A DNA stretch of 64,000 bases from Macrostomum lignano (lineage: Eukaryota): the NCBI GenBank assembly GCA_002269645.1, contig NIVC01000513.1:372001-436000 (forward strand). The letters run 5' to 3'. This document shows, one piece after another, positions 51,028-64,000 of this stretch. The stretch's first letter is position 1, and every line of letters begins with the position of its first letter. The position numbers and the translations under genes are program-made. Below the pieces are notes generated by a model. The model saw nothing but the letters and a program-made list of their open reading frames with translations, did not search any database and had not been told where the DNA came from.

Positions 51028-51779
51028 CTGTGTGGGGGCACCCGAGTGGCATCGATCTTATCGGGAGTAGATGTACCATTTTTTACCGATGTTATCGGGT
51101 TGAAAACATGGCGGGAATGTCGGCAACATGTCATCATCCCGATATAATCGGGGCATAATGCTTTTAAATTGAGCATGTTTTGCGTTTATTTGAATTTCAC
51201 GTTGCTAAATGTATAGAACTGGCCTAGCGTATTCATTTGCATAAAATATATATTATGCTTGTGCTTCATGTGTTTGAAACTTTACTCGAGGTCAAGGCTC
51301 CCCTCAGTGTGGAGAGTTTTTGTATACAGGCTACAGGTTTTTATAACTATGACAAATATTAATTAATGCTTTTACTTGGGTGCTTTTACAAATTCATCAT
51401 CATTTACTCTAACCAATAAAATATTAATATTATTAATGTTACCTAAGAGTGACAAACTGCAAAACTTCTTCAAGTTAGGCCTACCTAAAAATTGTTTGAA
51501 ACCTTTAGACCAAAATAGGAAGAATTGATTTTAATTTATTGTCTATATATTTGATTATTTCTGCAAAATTCTTAAATTCTTAAATTCTTCTAGACCTTAT
51601 AGAAGACTTCTTTCCTTAATTTATATTAGGAAAACTTTTGAAATATTAATATGGTCATGGATTAACTTAACTATAGCTAAAAACTTTGAAAAGGAAGACA
51701 GAATAGGAGTCTAGACTATAGTCCTAGAAGGGGACAGATAGGGTATATCTATATTATATTGTCCTTTTATTGTCTATAC

Positions 51780-53420
51780 TACCAATATATTCCTTATCCT
51801 TGTGCTAGGCTCCTACTCTCTATATCCCTATATCCTCCTTGCCTTCCTTGCCTTCCTACTAGCCCCCTAACCTCTCCTAACCTCCTAAGGATTCCCATAT
51901 CCTTATTGCTCTCCTACTAGGCTTTTATCCTCTATACCTTCTATATATTTTTCCTTACCCTATTGCTAGGTTCTAATCCACCAAACACTATGCCCTCATT
52001 ATCCTCTATATCCTCCTTTCCCATCTACTGGGTCTTACCTTCTATAATATATATCCTCTTGACCTCTTATCCTCTTGCTGGCTCCTATCCTCCATATCCT
52101 CAATATCCTTCTCTTTTTACTAGGCTCCTACCCTCTATAGTCTATACCATCCTTACCCTCCTTCCCCACCTGCTGGCTCCTACCTTCCATATCTTCTTAT
52201 TCTCTTGCTAGGCTCCTACCCTCCATGCCTTCCATACCCTCTATGTCTCCTCCTAGGCTCCTTTCCTCTATGCCTTCCATGTCCTCCATGTCTCTACTCT
52301 CCTAGGCTCCTACCCTCCATGTCCTTCTTACCCTCCATACCCTCCATGCCCTCCATACCCTCCATGCCTCATAGGTTCTTACCCTCCATGCCCTCCATAC
52401 CCTCTATGCCTCCTAGGCTCCTACCCTCCATGCCCTCTATACCCTCCATGCCTCCTAGTCTCCTACCATCCATGCCCTCCATACCCTCCATGCCCTCTAT
52501 ACCCTCCATACCCTCCTTGTCCTCCTACCCTCTATACCCTCTTATCCTCCTGCTAGGCTCTTACCCTCCATGCCCTCCATACCCTCCATGCCTCATAGGT
52601 TCTTACCCTCCATGCCCTCCATACCCTCTATGCCTCCTAGGCTCCTACCCTCCATGCCCTCTATACCCTCCATGCCTCCTAGTCTCCTACCATCCATGCC
52701 CTCCATACCCTCCATGCCCTCTATACCCTCCATACCCTCCTTGTCCTCCTACCCTCTATACCCTCTTATCCTCCTGCTAGGCTCTTACCCTCCATGCCCT
52801 CCATACCCTCCATGCCTCCTCCTAGGCTCCTACCCTCCATGCCGTTCTTACCCTCCATACCCTCCATGCCCTCTATACCCTCCATGCCCTCCCTACCCTC
52901 CATGCCCTCTATACCCTCCATGCCTCCTAGTCTCCTACCATCCATGCCCTCCATACCCTCCATGCCCTCTATACCCTCCATACCCTCCTTGTCCTCCTAC
53001 CCTCTATACCCTCTTATCCTCCTGCTAGGCTCTTACCCTCCATGCCCTCCATACCCTCCATGCCTCCTCCTAGGCTCCTACCCTCCATGCCGTTCTTACC
53101 CTCCATACCCTCCATGCCCTCTATACCCTCCATGCCCTCCATACCCTCCATGCCTCCTCCTAGGCTCCTACCCTCCATGCCGTTCTTACCCTCCATACCC
53201 TCCATGCCCTCTATACCCTCCATGCCCTCCATACCCTCCATGCCCTCCATACCCTCCATGCCCTCCTACCCTCCATACCCTCTTATCTTCCTGCTAGGCT
53301 CTTACCCTCCTTGCCCTCCTTACTCTCCTGCTAGCCTCCTACCCTCTATGCCTCTATCCTCCTTGCACCTGCCTTTCCCCCTACCCTCCATACCCCCCTC
53401 CATCTCCCCCGGCCCCAACC
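51780..53420. repeat. CT-rich 9-bp-unit minisatellite (ccctccatg/ccctccata) with higher-order duplications
   Basis: Visible; it accounts for the MPSIPS/MEGMEG pseudo-ORFs. Confidence 0.92.
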
Positions 53421-53499
53421 CCCATATCCTTCATAGCCTCCTTGCGCAGCTCTTTTATCTTACATGCTTCTATCCTATTTGTTCCTGGGTCGTCCGAGC

Positions 53500-56400
53500 A
53501 AGCGACTTAAAGTGTGCATTAATGGGCGCACTGTATATCTGCAGAGCATCAGAAAGCAATCTATAATTAGCGCCCTACCTCTTGCGCAGTCGCAAATCTC
53601 TGTTCCTAATGCTACACGTGATGGTCCTTCCAGTCAGTGTGAATTTAGTCAGGATCCGACTTCTGAAATCCGTGAAGACTGCGACTGGGAGGCTCTGAAT
53701 CCGAATTCAGAGCCAGACGTATTGGCGGCATTTATGCACTTCTTTAAGGATGGACGTGGACGGTGTGCTGAATGTTCGCAGGATGCCAACGTATACTGCC
53801 CACAGTGTGCGGATTATTTCTGCTCTGTTTGTGTTGACACTCGTCATCTTGGCCTTGTGCACACCATTCTTAAAGTAAGCCTTAATTTATGTTAAACGCT
53901 CTGACCACTTATAGGAACGAGGGATGCAGAATGCGGAAAAATATACTTCTTATTTAGTGGCACATATCAGTTTTATCGTCAAGCTAATTACAATTCATCT
54001 ACGGGCTATGCATAAAAGTAAGCAGGGTCTTATCCTTTAATGCCTATTTAAGGATGGAACTCCTCTAAATCAAGCTGTGACCCTAGCGTGCGGCTGCTCC
54101 GATGAAGCGGTGTTTGGAGACGTTCAGATTGTCGACGCCTATGGAGGTGAGATTGTAAAATCTATTTATACTTTTGTTATTACATTTTTGTTAGACCGAG
54201 CTCAAATCAATGAACCAGTCACCTCTTAATTAATACAATTTAGGGTACCATACAGCCTGCTTGAAGTCTTGCACACTGCAGCACTATCGATCATTCCTTG
54301 TCAGCCGTGGTTTCTTTCCTGCTGCACCTACTAGTGCTACATTCATATCTTGTGAACTGCTACTTAACTTGGATTCCATTATGATAAATGGGATCACATC
54401 TTTGGACAAAGCTTGTGCGACTATACAAAATCGCCGATTAGCTTTTGGGCAGCATCCGCAGGTATGCTTGTGCAGTACTTATTGGTAATTGAAAGTAGTG
54501 AGTTTTATTTATGTTCTCTGCAGTATAATCCGTTATTGTATATACTTAAGGTGTTAGGTTCCCATTATTTGAGATATCATCAGCGTCAATCCGAATTTTT
54601 CAGCGAGATCTCTATTACGATTTGAAACGCTATAACACTATTGGCTACTTTCGACAGTTCATGTCGTCCATTGTAAAGTTTCCAACAAGCTGCGCAATGT
54701 GTACGACGGGCGATTTGGTGAGAGCTTATTCAGATTTTGCAATGTGTGCTATGCTACTTAAACTATTTTTAGTATCCTTGAGGTTAATTTTTAATATTCC
54801 AACTGTCTCAAACTATGTGCATAATTGTTTTTCCTTTTCAGGGCCCAATCCTGCACGGAGATGCCCTGATGGGCTGGAAAAATCGAACCTCAGTTGCACC
54901 TGGCTTGGCCTCTGTGCCTATTGGTGATCTTCCTTTTCCGTTTGCGCATGTCGATGTCGCATCTGAAAATATTGCGCCTGCGAGCGGTGCGTGTCCAAAC
55001 TGGACAGCAGGCGAAACGTCTCGCGTTACTACGAGTTCTAGGAAGCTGGACGTAACAGGCTTTTTCATCGTAGCCTGTCGCCACGGTTTCATTTGGGCCT
55101 GCTCTGATGTGCGCACTCCCGGAGAGCAGTAAGACTTTTTATTCGACTCATGCATTTAGTTTTCATTTTTGCTCCGTTGTCCTTATTTAAAAATGAAACT
55201 TGGCAACACATCTTTAGGCTTGTCTACCCTGTCAAGCTCCTTAAAGCCGCTGTGCAGCGCATCGGTGTACCAGAAGAAGCTGTGACATTTGTCTATGATG
55301 TCGCATGCAAACTCGGCAACAAAGTCACTTCGAAGTTGGCCGTACCAGTTTTTCATGCATACGGTCACGAGTCTAAGTGTCGCGTGAGTCTTTACCATTT
55401 TACTCATAGCATTTTGTGGGCATTATTTTGTGTTCATAGCTTTAATCAGCCCCAAATAATTTAAAAGAGCTTTTCATGTTAGTCGGTGTTGTCATTTTGC
55501 GGGCTTCTCAGTTTAGTTCTGAATAAATTTTTAATAAATTTTTTCCTCTCAGCTCAACAACTCCATCCGCGTCGTGTCTGGCACTGGTCTGGCACGAGCG
55601 CATATTCTCCTTTCTGCGTCCTTTCGGGCGAATCTTGAAAGAAATGCGCATTGACCGTCGTACACGGCTTGTCTCACACATTATTAACATGTATCATCTG
55701 CGTCTTAACCCGGGTGCGCATCAAGCTTTCAGTCAAAATAAGAATAGCTGATTTTTCATAAGGTTTTAAGTTTCTAGCTAACATTCACATTTTATTACTG
55801 TAGATGCATGGATAAAGTCACGACAGAAGCTTCTGGAGAAGAAGGATCAGCTCGTCATTCAACATGTTAATGAAATAAATCGACTTCAGCCCCGGCACGG
55901 TAAGTGATTTTTCTTTCAATATCCTCCCATCAGCATACTCGAAAATTCAGTTTTTTCTACCTACGTTTTTTGCATTACAGAGCTTAGTCTTCAACAATTA
56001 ATTTCACTGGGAGAAAAATGGCTTTGCGAAGATGCAATCGCTTCCGCTCTGCGGTCAGGAGATTGCTCCAAAGCATGCGTCGAATGGTGGTCGAAGAACG
56101 GAAAGTTCTCAAAGAGCTTCATCGAACAATTGGTGTGTAAGCTCCTATTGGAACATAAACATCTTCCTTTGAAAGGAAAGAAATTAAATTTGAATACAAA
56201 GAGATAGTATAATAGTCCTTTATTGAAGATAAAGGATAGTATTCTTGCTATCCTATTTGAAATCCCCTCAATGACCCACATGACCCCCCTCCCAGCTGGC
56301 GTGACCCTCCAGACCAAAATCTTGCTACGCCACTGACAGGTATGAGATATGAAGTAGCAAAGTAAGAAAACAGTTAATAAAATCACTTGCTCGATTGCCC

Positions 56401-56807
56401 GATAACGTATCAGCTATCTTCACAAGTAGGCCACATTATTTCCATTGCATTTACCAGGCATCCATCAGTATCGACTGCTGTTGCGCAAGGCCAAGAAGCT
56501 GGCACTGGAGATGAATCAACTTCGGTCTCTCAACGGAAACCAGTATTCAATAGCAACGCTTCGAGACACGACTTCGGAAGCATACTCACGATTGGACCGC
56601 CACGTCAGCCGCCGGTTTCCAATTCCAGTCCAGCTTTTGGTCATTGAGGTTTACATCCTTTCCATTCGTTCTACTGAGGAGCGCCGTCGAGTAAATGCTG
56701 AGCAGAGCAGCCTGATGACCAAAACCGAAAGCGTTTGTGACTTCCCAGAATACTTCAGTGAAAGCTCCTCTAGCTTCTCTGGTGTATCCGATTCCGAAGG
56801 CGAGTAG
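53500..56807 (+). pseudogene. Multi-exon KDZ (Kyakuja-Dileera-Zisupton) transposase pseudogene with CxC-like N-terminus
   Basis: Spliced segments: CAECSQ..YCPQCADYFC..C...H; LVSRGFFPAAP; CAMC; LHGDALMG; LDVTGFFIVACRHG..PGE; FVYDVAC..VPVFHAYGHESKC; ERIFSFLR..LKEMR..RR. GT-AG junctions near 53875, 54146/54244, 54462/54557, 54716/54842 and 55384; frameshifts present. Confidence 0.85.
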
Positions 56808-59800
56808 GATTTTTCCGATTGTAGCCATGAACTGTGGCAAATGAGAAACTCAATGCAATGACTTTATGAAGTCTAAATTGTTCTAAATTATTTGTATGCT
56901 CTTGAAGTAAAGTACATGTAATACTAGCGTATGCTTTCTTGTAAATGCAAAGCAAATGCCGTTTTCTGTACCTTCATGCGTGTGTGATTGTACTGCCACT
57001 CATGCATATTTAGTTAAAGTTAGCCTTAGTCCTAGTACTTGTATTTCCTGTAACTTCTGTATTTGAAGTTACATTACTTATATTAGCTTCTGCTTCGCAA
57101 GCAAGTCATACAAATGTATACAAATTTGCGAGTGTGTATAATGTATTTGCTTAAAATTTGATATAAAAGTGTGTTTTGTCAAATACAAATTGTACATGTG
57201 CGTCACTCTAAATTGATTGGTTTAAGGTTGTACATTAAGCGAGAAAGTTAAATCCTGCTTATTTTTTGCTTGCTTCTTTACTTCGCAATGCTGTTTCAGG
57301 TGAGTAGCTAAATTTTGGGGCTTGAATCGAAACAATCACTCACAGAATTATGGAATCAATCCTGGAATCGATGGAATGTACACCAGCTGCCAGAGACAGC
57401 AAGAAGCGATGCAATAGATAAGAGTTGAGCCGATTCAATTGCCTGGGTGGCTCGTCCCGTAACTACAAATGAGTTAAGTTGCCTGCAGTCCGGTGCAAGG
57501 AAAGTGGAAAGAATTGAAGAAATGATTGGCGGAGAGGTGGCTGGGGTTGTGCAGATTGGGCCGGGTCTTTTGGAGGATTAGTGTGGATTTCCGTGAGGGG
57601 TATAAGGGCAAGTTTGCAAAGCTGCCGCTTCGGCGCTATGCGCGCCATTCTGCCGCCGCTTGCGTCAGCTGATAGGGCAATAGTTGAAGTGTCATTTGGC
57701 GCTTGCGGCGCGCTGATAGCTGCATCCGTTATGTTGGACCAGCGTGCCAAGTCAAACGTAATAATCGCCTCACTCGATTCAAAGCGATCTATTTTGTGTT
57801 TTAGACTCGGACTTTAATGGGCATGGCTTCCACATTATCCCAGAGTGCGGGACGTCAAATCCCGCCAAGATCTGTCCGGATTAAGGGGCATTCAGAAATC
57901 ACTTTTGCACCTGGTGGTGCTCCAAATATGCAAGTCTATATAGACAGGCTTAGTTTAGTCCAACTTTGTCAGGCTGCCATTGAAGAACCGCTTGGCCTAG
58001 ACAGGTGCGACTTGCACACTCACTGGTGCACTATATAATCCAGATTGTCCCGGTTTTAATCTTCAGGTACAGCTTAGTCTTGCATCCTGTAATTTCCAGC
58101 TGTCAATCTACATGTATATGTACATCTACACCTCTTACCCGCCGAAGACGCGTCCACGAAGTCTACCCACAGGGGGTCCCGTGCACACCGGCAACCAGCC
58201 CACCCTACACCCCCGATCGGTCTTGCGAAATGAGTGGTACCGTTGTGGACGTCAGTGCCTTCGCTAAGGTAACTGAGCGCGGTCTGCATGGCTAGCAATA
58301 GCAGCGGTACATCCTGGCCAAGGACTTCATCACCGACTCCTCTGGTCGTGCAAGCAATAGGCTCCGGTTGAGCCTTGTCTGCCTCCGACTGCAACGACTC
58401 CGACTGCGACTCACCTCCGGTCTCGCGCCCGCAACCGGCGCTTCCGGCCTCGCCCGCCAGTTTTCTGCGCACTTGGCATCGCCCTCCAAACGGCCTCTTG
58501 CGCTTGCCTGCAACCTCGCGCACCATGTATTTCTGACTGTGCTGTCGCACCCGCCAATGCCTGGCCAATCTACACACCTGCCAGTGATACCCCGGGCATC
58601 GAGGCTGCGGTTGGCCAACGCGCTTTAAAATCTAGATTTAAGATTGAGGTTTGCAGATGATGTTTGATTTCTAGATCTAGAAATCCTAATTTACTGTATC
58701 CACATTCTTCCTACTGGGGATCACAAAATCGTAGAGAGATGGGATTTTTGATGACTCTACACTCGTTGCCCGTGAAGTGACTGAAAATGACAATGATTTT
58801 CAATCAATGCGATATCCAACAATGCGTCCCGTATTATGCATCTCAAGCAACATTTTATCCTCTGGCATTATTGGAAGGTTGACTGGAATGCATGATTTAA
58901 CTTTTCAATAGGATAGGCTTGCATTATTCGTTGGGACGCTGGGTCTAATGGGATGCGTTCTTTATGTTTTAAAAGGAGTTTTCGGACTGGAAGTGACCTG
59001 CCCCCTCCTTTTCCTTCGCTTTTGCCCTCTTGTACCACTTTTGCCTTCTGCCTATTACACTTAGGAAAGTTTGAATTACCCTTTGAACATTCTTTCCCTG
59101 AGATCAAGGACAACCCAAGTCTGAGACATCTACCCAGTCTACCGTGAGTATCTAAGTCCATCGTAACTGTTTGTCAGTTACTCCTTAGCACTACAAGGTT
59201 CACATACCAGTCCTAAAATATCTTGGGACTACAAGGGTTTTAGTTAACATCTTACACCGCATTATCTTACACCGCTTGTTAGACCATCACGTGTTTGCAT
59301 TATTAAATAAATTGTAAGCTTGACACCATCAAGAGATTGACACCATCAGGAACGAAGGTCGTACCCTTTTCTAGATTCATTTGTGCCCATAGGATTAGGG
59401 GCACTGGTCAATAGGTGCCCAGTCGAGATACGGCACAGACCATAAAACGTATATTTCAGTGATTTCACCCGTCCAAATCACGCTTAAGCTCACATCCTTC
59501 ACATTCTTACTCTTACAACCCGGTTGGTGAACTGGATGACTGGAGTCTCTTTGTGACGGAGCAATATCCGCAGAATTGAACTCCTTCCTTACAATAATAG
59601 AATCAGTATAAAAAGCCAACCCCACCCATCAATAGCAACTTCATGCCCTGTAACAATAACTTTGCATTTCAACAAAATTATGTTACGTGTATTATAGCAA
59701 CTTCTGAGGAAATATCGTTTGATCAAGCCTTATATCGAACTACTCGTACTTTAAATTTTCAAATAGAGCTGCACCGGTTAATTTTTCAGAATCTTTTTCA

Positions 59801-60099
59801 ACGGCATAATTAATTTTCTTGCAGCTTAAATTAAATACATGTATCAGGGGCACAAATTGAACCGGAAATTTACATGATTTTACTTTGCACTTTGCCTGTC
59901 CCTAGCCCGATGCGCAATTGTGAGTTAAATCAGGCTCAATATCATTCTTGCTGAAACATCAGCAGACAGGCTCACAGTATTGGACCGAACTGAAAAAGCA
60001 CTATCCGGCCTTTTTCGCCGTACAAACAAGAATTTTTATGCTCTAAAGTACGAGTAGATTACTATTACCAGTCCCATCGGGCAAATGACACGCGCAGTT

Positions 60100-60345
60100 C
60101 CTTCAGTGCCCAACTGTGAGGACAGGCGCAAACTCGGCTCTTCGTTGACTGACTGCAGGCGGCGCGGCCTTCACCCGTGACCATGCAGGTCTCAAGGCAT
60201 GTCCCGAGATGCTGCACCAAGGACCTTGACAACTTGCTTTTCTATTCTGTTAAGACTGCAGTTCATTTGGAGAAGTGGACACTTAACACCCAGTGCATCT
60301 GTGCACACGTGGACATGCAGACTATGCATGTTTGATATGGTATGG
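60100..60345 (+). pseudogene. Possible piggyBac-type C-terminal cysteine-rich domain remnant
   Basis: PCRSQG..AAPRT...FC*DC...VHLCTRGHADYAC..WY resembles the C-x2-C...C-x2-C...LC...C...YH tail; heavily broken. Confidence 0.3.
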
Positions 60346-61159
60346 TGCATGTATAGCTCAACAAACGTTGATTTTTAACTTGTCTTATAAAGTGTCTTCT
60401 AAAAGAGAATTTAACCTCTTTTTCGTTTCTCCCAATTTTTTTATTTCCATATACGAATATCCAAGCTGCCGGATCGAGTTCAAAGAAGTGGAAAACAAAA
60501 ATATCTGAAATAAAGTGAACACATTCTCAAAAGATGGAACAACCGGCCATAAGGAGTAAAATTGCATATCTTGACCTAGAAATGAACTAACAGATTTTAT
60601 TTAATAACAATTTGGTGCAGGAAATTGGGGCGCAAGTATAAAGTGCAACACGCACTATAACTACATACGTCTTGAAAAAATAGCTTCCAAAATGATTGCA
60701 AAATTCCAGGCACAAAAATAACTGCAGGGATAATTTGCTGTCTTTTGCTGTTTTGCACAAGCGTCTTCAAATATCGACAATCTGAAATTAACAACTGACA
60801 ACCAACGTTCTATCGGGTGTGGGGTGTCCAAGAAGGGCCACACTTTGTGCGCAAACTCTGGTCTTAAAAATGATTACTTTCTGCAATTTTTTCAGAATTC
60901 ATTAAACTGTCTTCTCCAATACGGGATAACATTTGAAACCTGCTCAATGTGATGTTCCGATCCTGACACCTGGCTTTTAAGATTTATTTAACTGGAACTA
61001 AATAAATCAAACAAAATAAGCATCAGAAAACCACTTCGACGTCGTCGGTGCTGAACCCAGCCTTTGTACTGGACGTCGAAACAGTGATGGTCGGAATGCC
61101 GACAGATGGCGTCACAGTGGCCGGTTTCGCTCGCAAAGCGGCTCGATTTGCCCGCACAG

Positions 61160-61360
61160 CAGTCGGCGGATTCGGCACGATCGGCGGATTCGGCACGGTA
61201 CGCGGATTCAGCACGGTCGGCGGATTCGGCACGGTCGGCGGATTCGGCACGGTACGCGGATTCAGCACGGTCGGCGGATTCGGCACGGTCGGCGGATTCG
61301 GCACGGTCGGCGGATTCGGCACGGTCGGCGGATTCAGCACGGTCGGCGGATTCGGCACAG
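61160..61360. repeat. 18-bp tandem repeat (cggcggattcggcacggt), ~11 copies
   Basis: Visible; reads PTVPNP on the minus strand. Confidence 0.9.
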
Positions 61361-61420
61361 AAAAATCGAGTGTCATGGATTCACTCTCGTCCTGAGCGTG
61401 TTCTGCTGTGCCGCCAGAAG

Positions 61421-64000
61421 CCTTACCCTTTAAAAAATTAAATTCTCAATAAAAATGTTTCCAATCGTCTCTCCAGGTTCTTATTACAAAGCGCACGAGC
61501 CTAATTACAAGAGTAAGTACCAATGCAAACTAGAATGCAGTGAGTACATGAGAAAATATTGGCCCGGCGTTGATATCAATGTCCCTAATATTAATCTAGC
61601 TCTTCAAAGACACTGGCTCTTAAGTATGGAGTAACCTACGTAAAAGATTACGACAGCTACTATAACTTTGCAGAAATCATTAGACAATTGCGTTAAAAAT
61701 CTCAAGCCGAAACTCAGTAGTTGTCATGAGGGAAGTTCTGGGACAAAAGAGAATAAACCCCCCACAGATCAACATCTAGTAAAATCTATCTATACATAAT
61801 GCTCTTACGTTTAAAATTAGCTATCCTAGTGCAATACCTACAACCACTCATCTAAGGGGGATAACATCAGTCTACCACCCCTCCCCTCCCTAGGACAGCA
61901 AAAAAATCAACATAATCTAAGGGCGAAAAGTAGCGGTATTCTCACTTAAGTTACAGGACTTAGAATTAATAGTATGCAGCCAAAAAAACTGAAAGGCCAA
62001 AATCGTTTGCATTCTGGCCTTCGCTCAACACTGAATTCTTCCTCGTCTGGGCTCAGTTAAAGTGAAAATCTCTCTCCCCCACGCGCGCTGCACCCACACA
62101 CATACACTCCTCTCTCCCCCACACACGAGACGCCCGCGCCCACAACCTGTGAGAATGGGGTAAGAGATTTTGAGTACACATGCGCGCATTTTTTCATACC
62201 ACTCTATACTCTATTCTCGGCAAGCATACTTAAAGGGGAACGCATTTTCTCACATTCTCTCAATGATCAACGTCAGTACAAACTATTCACCGTTGAAATC
62301 AACACCCACCCCATCAGAGCATAACAGAGGTAGTTAAGTAGTGGTTTTTGGTAAGAAGACTTATCAATAGTATATGTCTTGTCTCCAACAAACAAAAAGT
62401 TGCTCTTTATGTTGGAGGCCAGCAGAACATAGTTCAAAAGATGTTTTGCCATCTTTATTTTCCTATTAAAGCAGGAAAAAGAGAAGGGCTCATTTTTTAC
62501 AGCCTTGAATCGCTGTTTCAACAGAATAGTTCTTAATCAGTTCTTCTACTTGTCCAGTCGTCACAGTCCGACATATGGGACAGGGAATGCTATTTGCCTC
62601 CGCATTGTATATTCGATCAAGACAGTTGCGACAGAAAGTGTGGCCGCAGACTAGAGGTCGGGAGTCGGCGAGCCAATCGAGGCAAACGCTACACTCGAGT
62701 CCTTCTGGGATATTCTCTGATCTCGTTCTGTCCAACTCTTTTTGTTTCACACGCCTTTTTTCTGAGAAATGAGAAAGAAGAGTTGTAAGAAATGAAACAA
62801 TGCTATAAATAAAAAAAATAAAAAGTTCCAGACAAATGCACAGATAAAGGTACACCGATTTGAGTCTTACCTCTACTGACTTAAAGAAATCACTGTTTCT
62901 TTTCAGAGACGATCCGTTCCAATGTTGGAAAAACTCTAAAGGGATATTTTTCAAATCACTCTCTCGATAAAGTAATTAAACCTTTCTTTTTCCTTGCTTC
63001 AATTTGGATTCAAGTTCTTTTAATCGTTTCTCTTCTTTAGCTGGCGAGGGAATATATGTTAGTAAAGAGGTCTGGGCGGTTTATGCTTCTGGTTTAATAT
63101 AGCCAGCCAGGGTGAGGGTTTTGAGGGTTTGTTCGGTGGGGAGAGAGATTTAGCCGAAGCTAGCTTAATCAGCCAGAGCAACGAGTTTAGATAATGTGAG
63201 GGTTGGGCTGTGGGCGTGGGGGGGATAGAGATTTAGCCGAAGCCAGCTTCGGCTAAAGGATTTTAGGATTTTGGCCTTACCCGAGGCCAGATCGAAGAGG
63301 ATTTTGGCCTCGACTTTTCAAATGCAGCGGTCGCATTTGGTCAGGGCTGAGAATAATAATAGTTAAACCCTTCCCGACTCAAGCGCCTCTCTCTACCCCC
63401 ATATCTTTCAAAAGTCTTCTCAGTTCCTTGTTAGGAGCGCACAAAATAAACCCTGCTCCCGAGCCTCCGCCCTCTCTCCCCATGCACCAGCCCTCTCTTC
63501 CCCAACACCCACCCTCGCCGCCAACCCCCAACCCCAACTTTTCCTTACTAAAATAACAGCTTTAACTAGCTTCCGAGCGATCGATTCCCTCCACCCGCTT
63601 GAAGTCCCATATTGTCTAATCTCCTAAGCATTTCTTTGTCTCAGCGATTTTTCTCCTCTGGAAAATCCTTATACTTAACGTCGTGCCACATGCAGACAGA
63701 CTCTAGCTCGTTCACAGGCTCATGCCCAGGGTTTGGATTATTGTTTTTATCTAACTAAATTTCAAGTGGATTCAAAGGCCCGCAATTCCGGCTACAAAGG
63801 ATTTGTAGCCGGGAATTGTCCAGCCTTTGTTTGGATGAGGAAGCTTTTCAATTAATCCATGTGTGAATCTAAGTTACCACCATAGCGTTGCATTATTTAT
63901 TTAAAATTTTATTTTTGATAAATGGGAGAAGAAAAACAAATCTATCTACTATAGTGACAAATGATTCTTTGTAGGCAAAAATGCAGTCGCCAAACTCGCA
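61421..64000 (+). repeat. Second copy of the Maverick left-arm block (RING exon, integrase start), running off the window
   Basis: Matches 42078-44675; integrase start at ~63922. Confidence 0.97.
62490..62761 (-). CDS. C3HC4 RING-finger coding exon (copy 2)
   Basis: CSVCLDWLADSRPLVCGHTFCRNCL...PCPICR; nearly identical to copy 1. Confidence 0.8.

Noticed and set aside
51963-53566. Pro-rich MPSIPS/YPPCP ORFs resembling extensins
   Set aside because: Translations of a 9-bp-unit CT-rich minisatellite, open in several frames.
61023-61441. PTVPNP / SADSAR repeat ORFs
   Set aside because: An 18-bp tandem repeat open in several frames, with no supporting gene structure.

Overview
Eukaryotic (animal) genomic DNA with GT-AG introns, long microsatellites and minisatellites. 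The style recalls a flatworm such as Macrostomum, but that is an inference and not established. The first ~17 kb holds host genes: an orphan two-exon gene, a four-exon CCDC24-like gene and a C2H2 zinc-finger gene. From ~18 kb to the end the window is a dense, nested field of decayed mobile DNA: hAT, Merlin, piggyBac, a spliced KDZ/Zisupton-type transposase and solo-LTR-like repeats. The most striking component is scattered pieces of Maverick/Polinton (adintovirus-like) virus-transposons: protein-primed PolB, rve integrase, probable penton and major-capsid fragments, AGTAG...CTACT terminal inverted repeats, and PC4-like, RING, dUTPase and unknown-domain genes nearby. The pPolB gene carries at least five canonical spliceosomal introns. 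Three of them split polymerase motifs A, B and C, and the motif C intron position recurs in a second, divergent PolB copy. All family assignments come from motif recognition by eye; no database searches were run.
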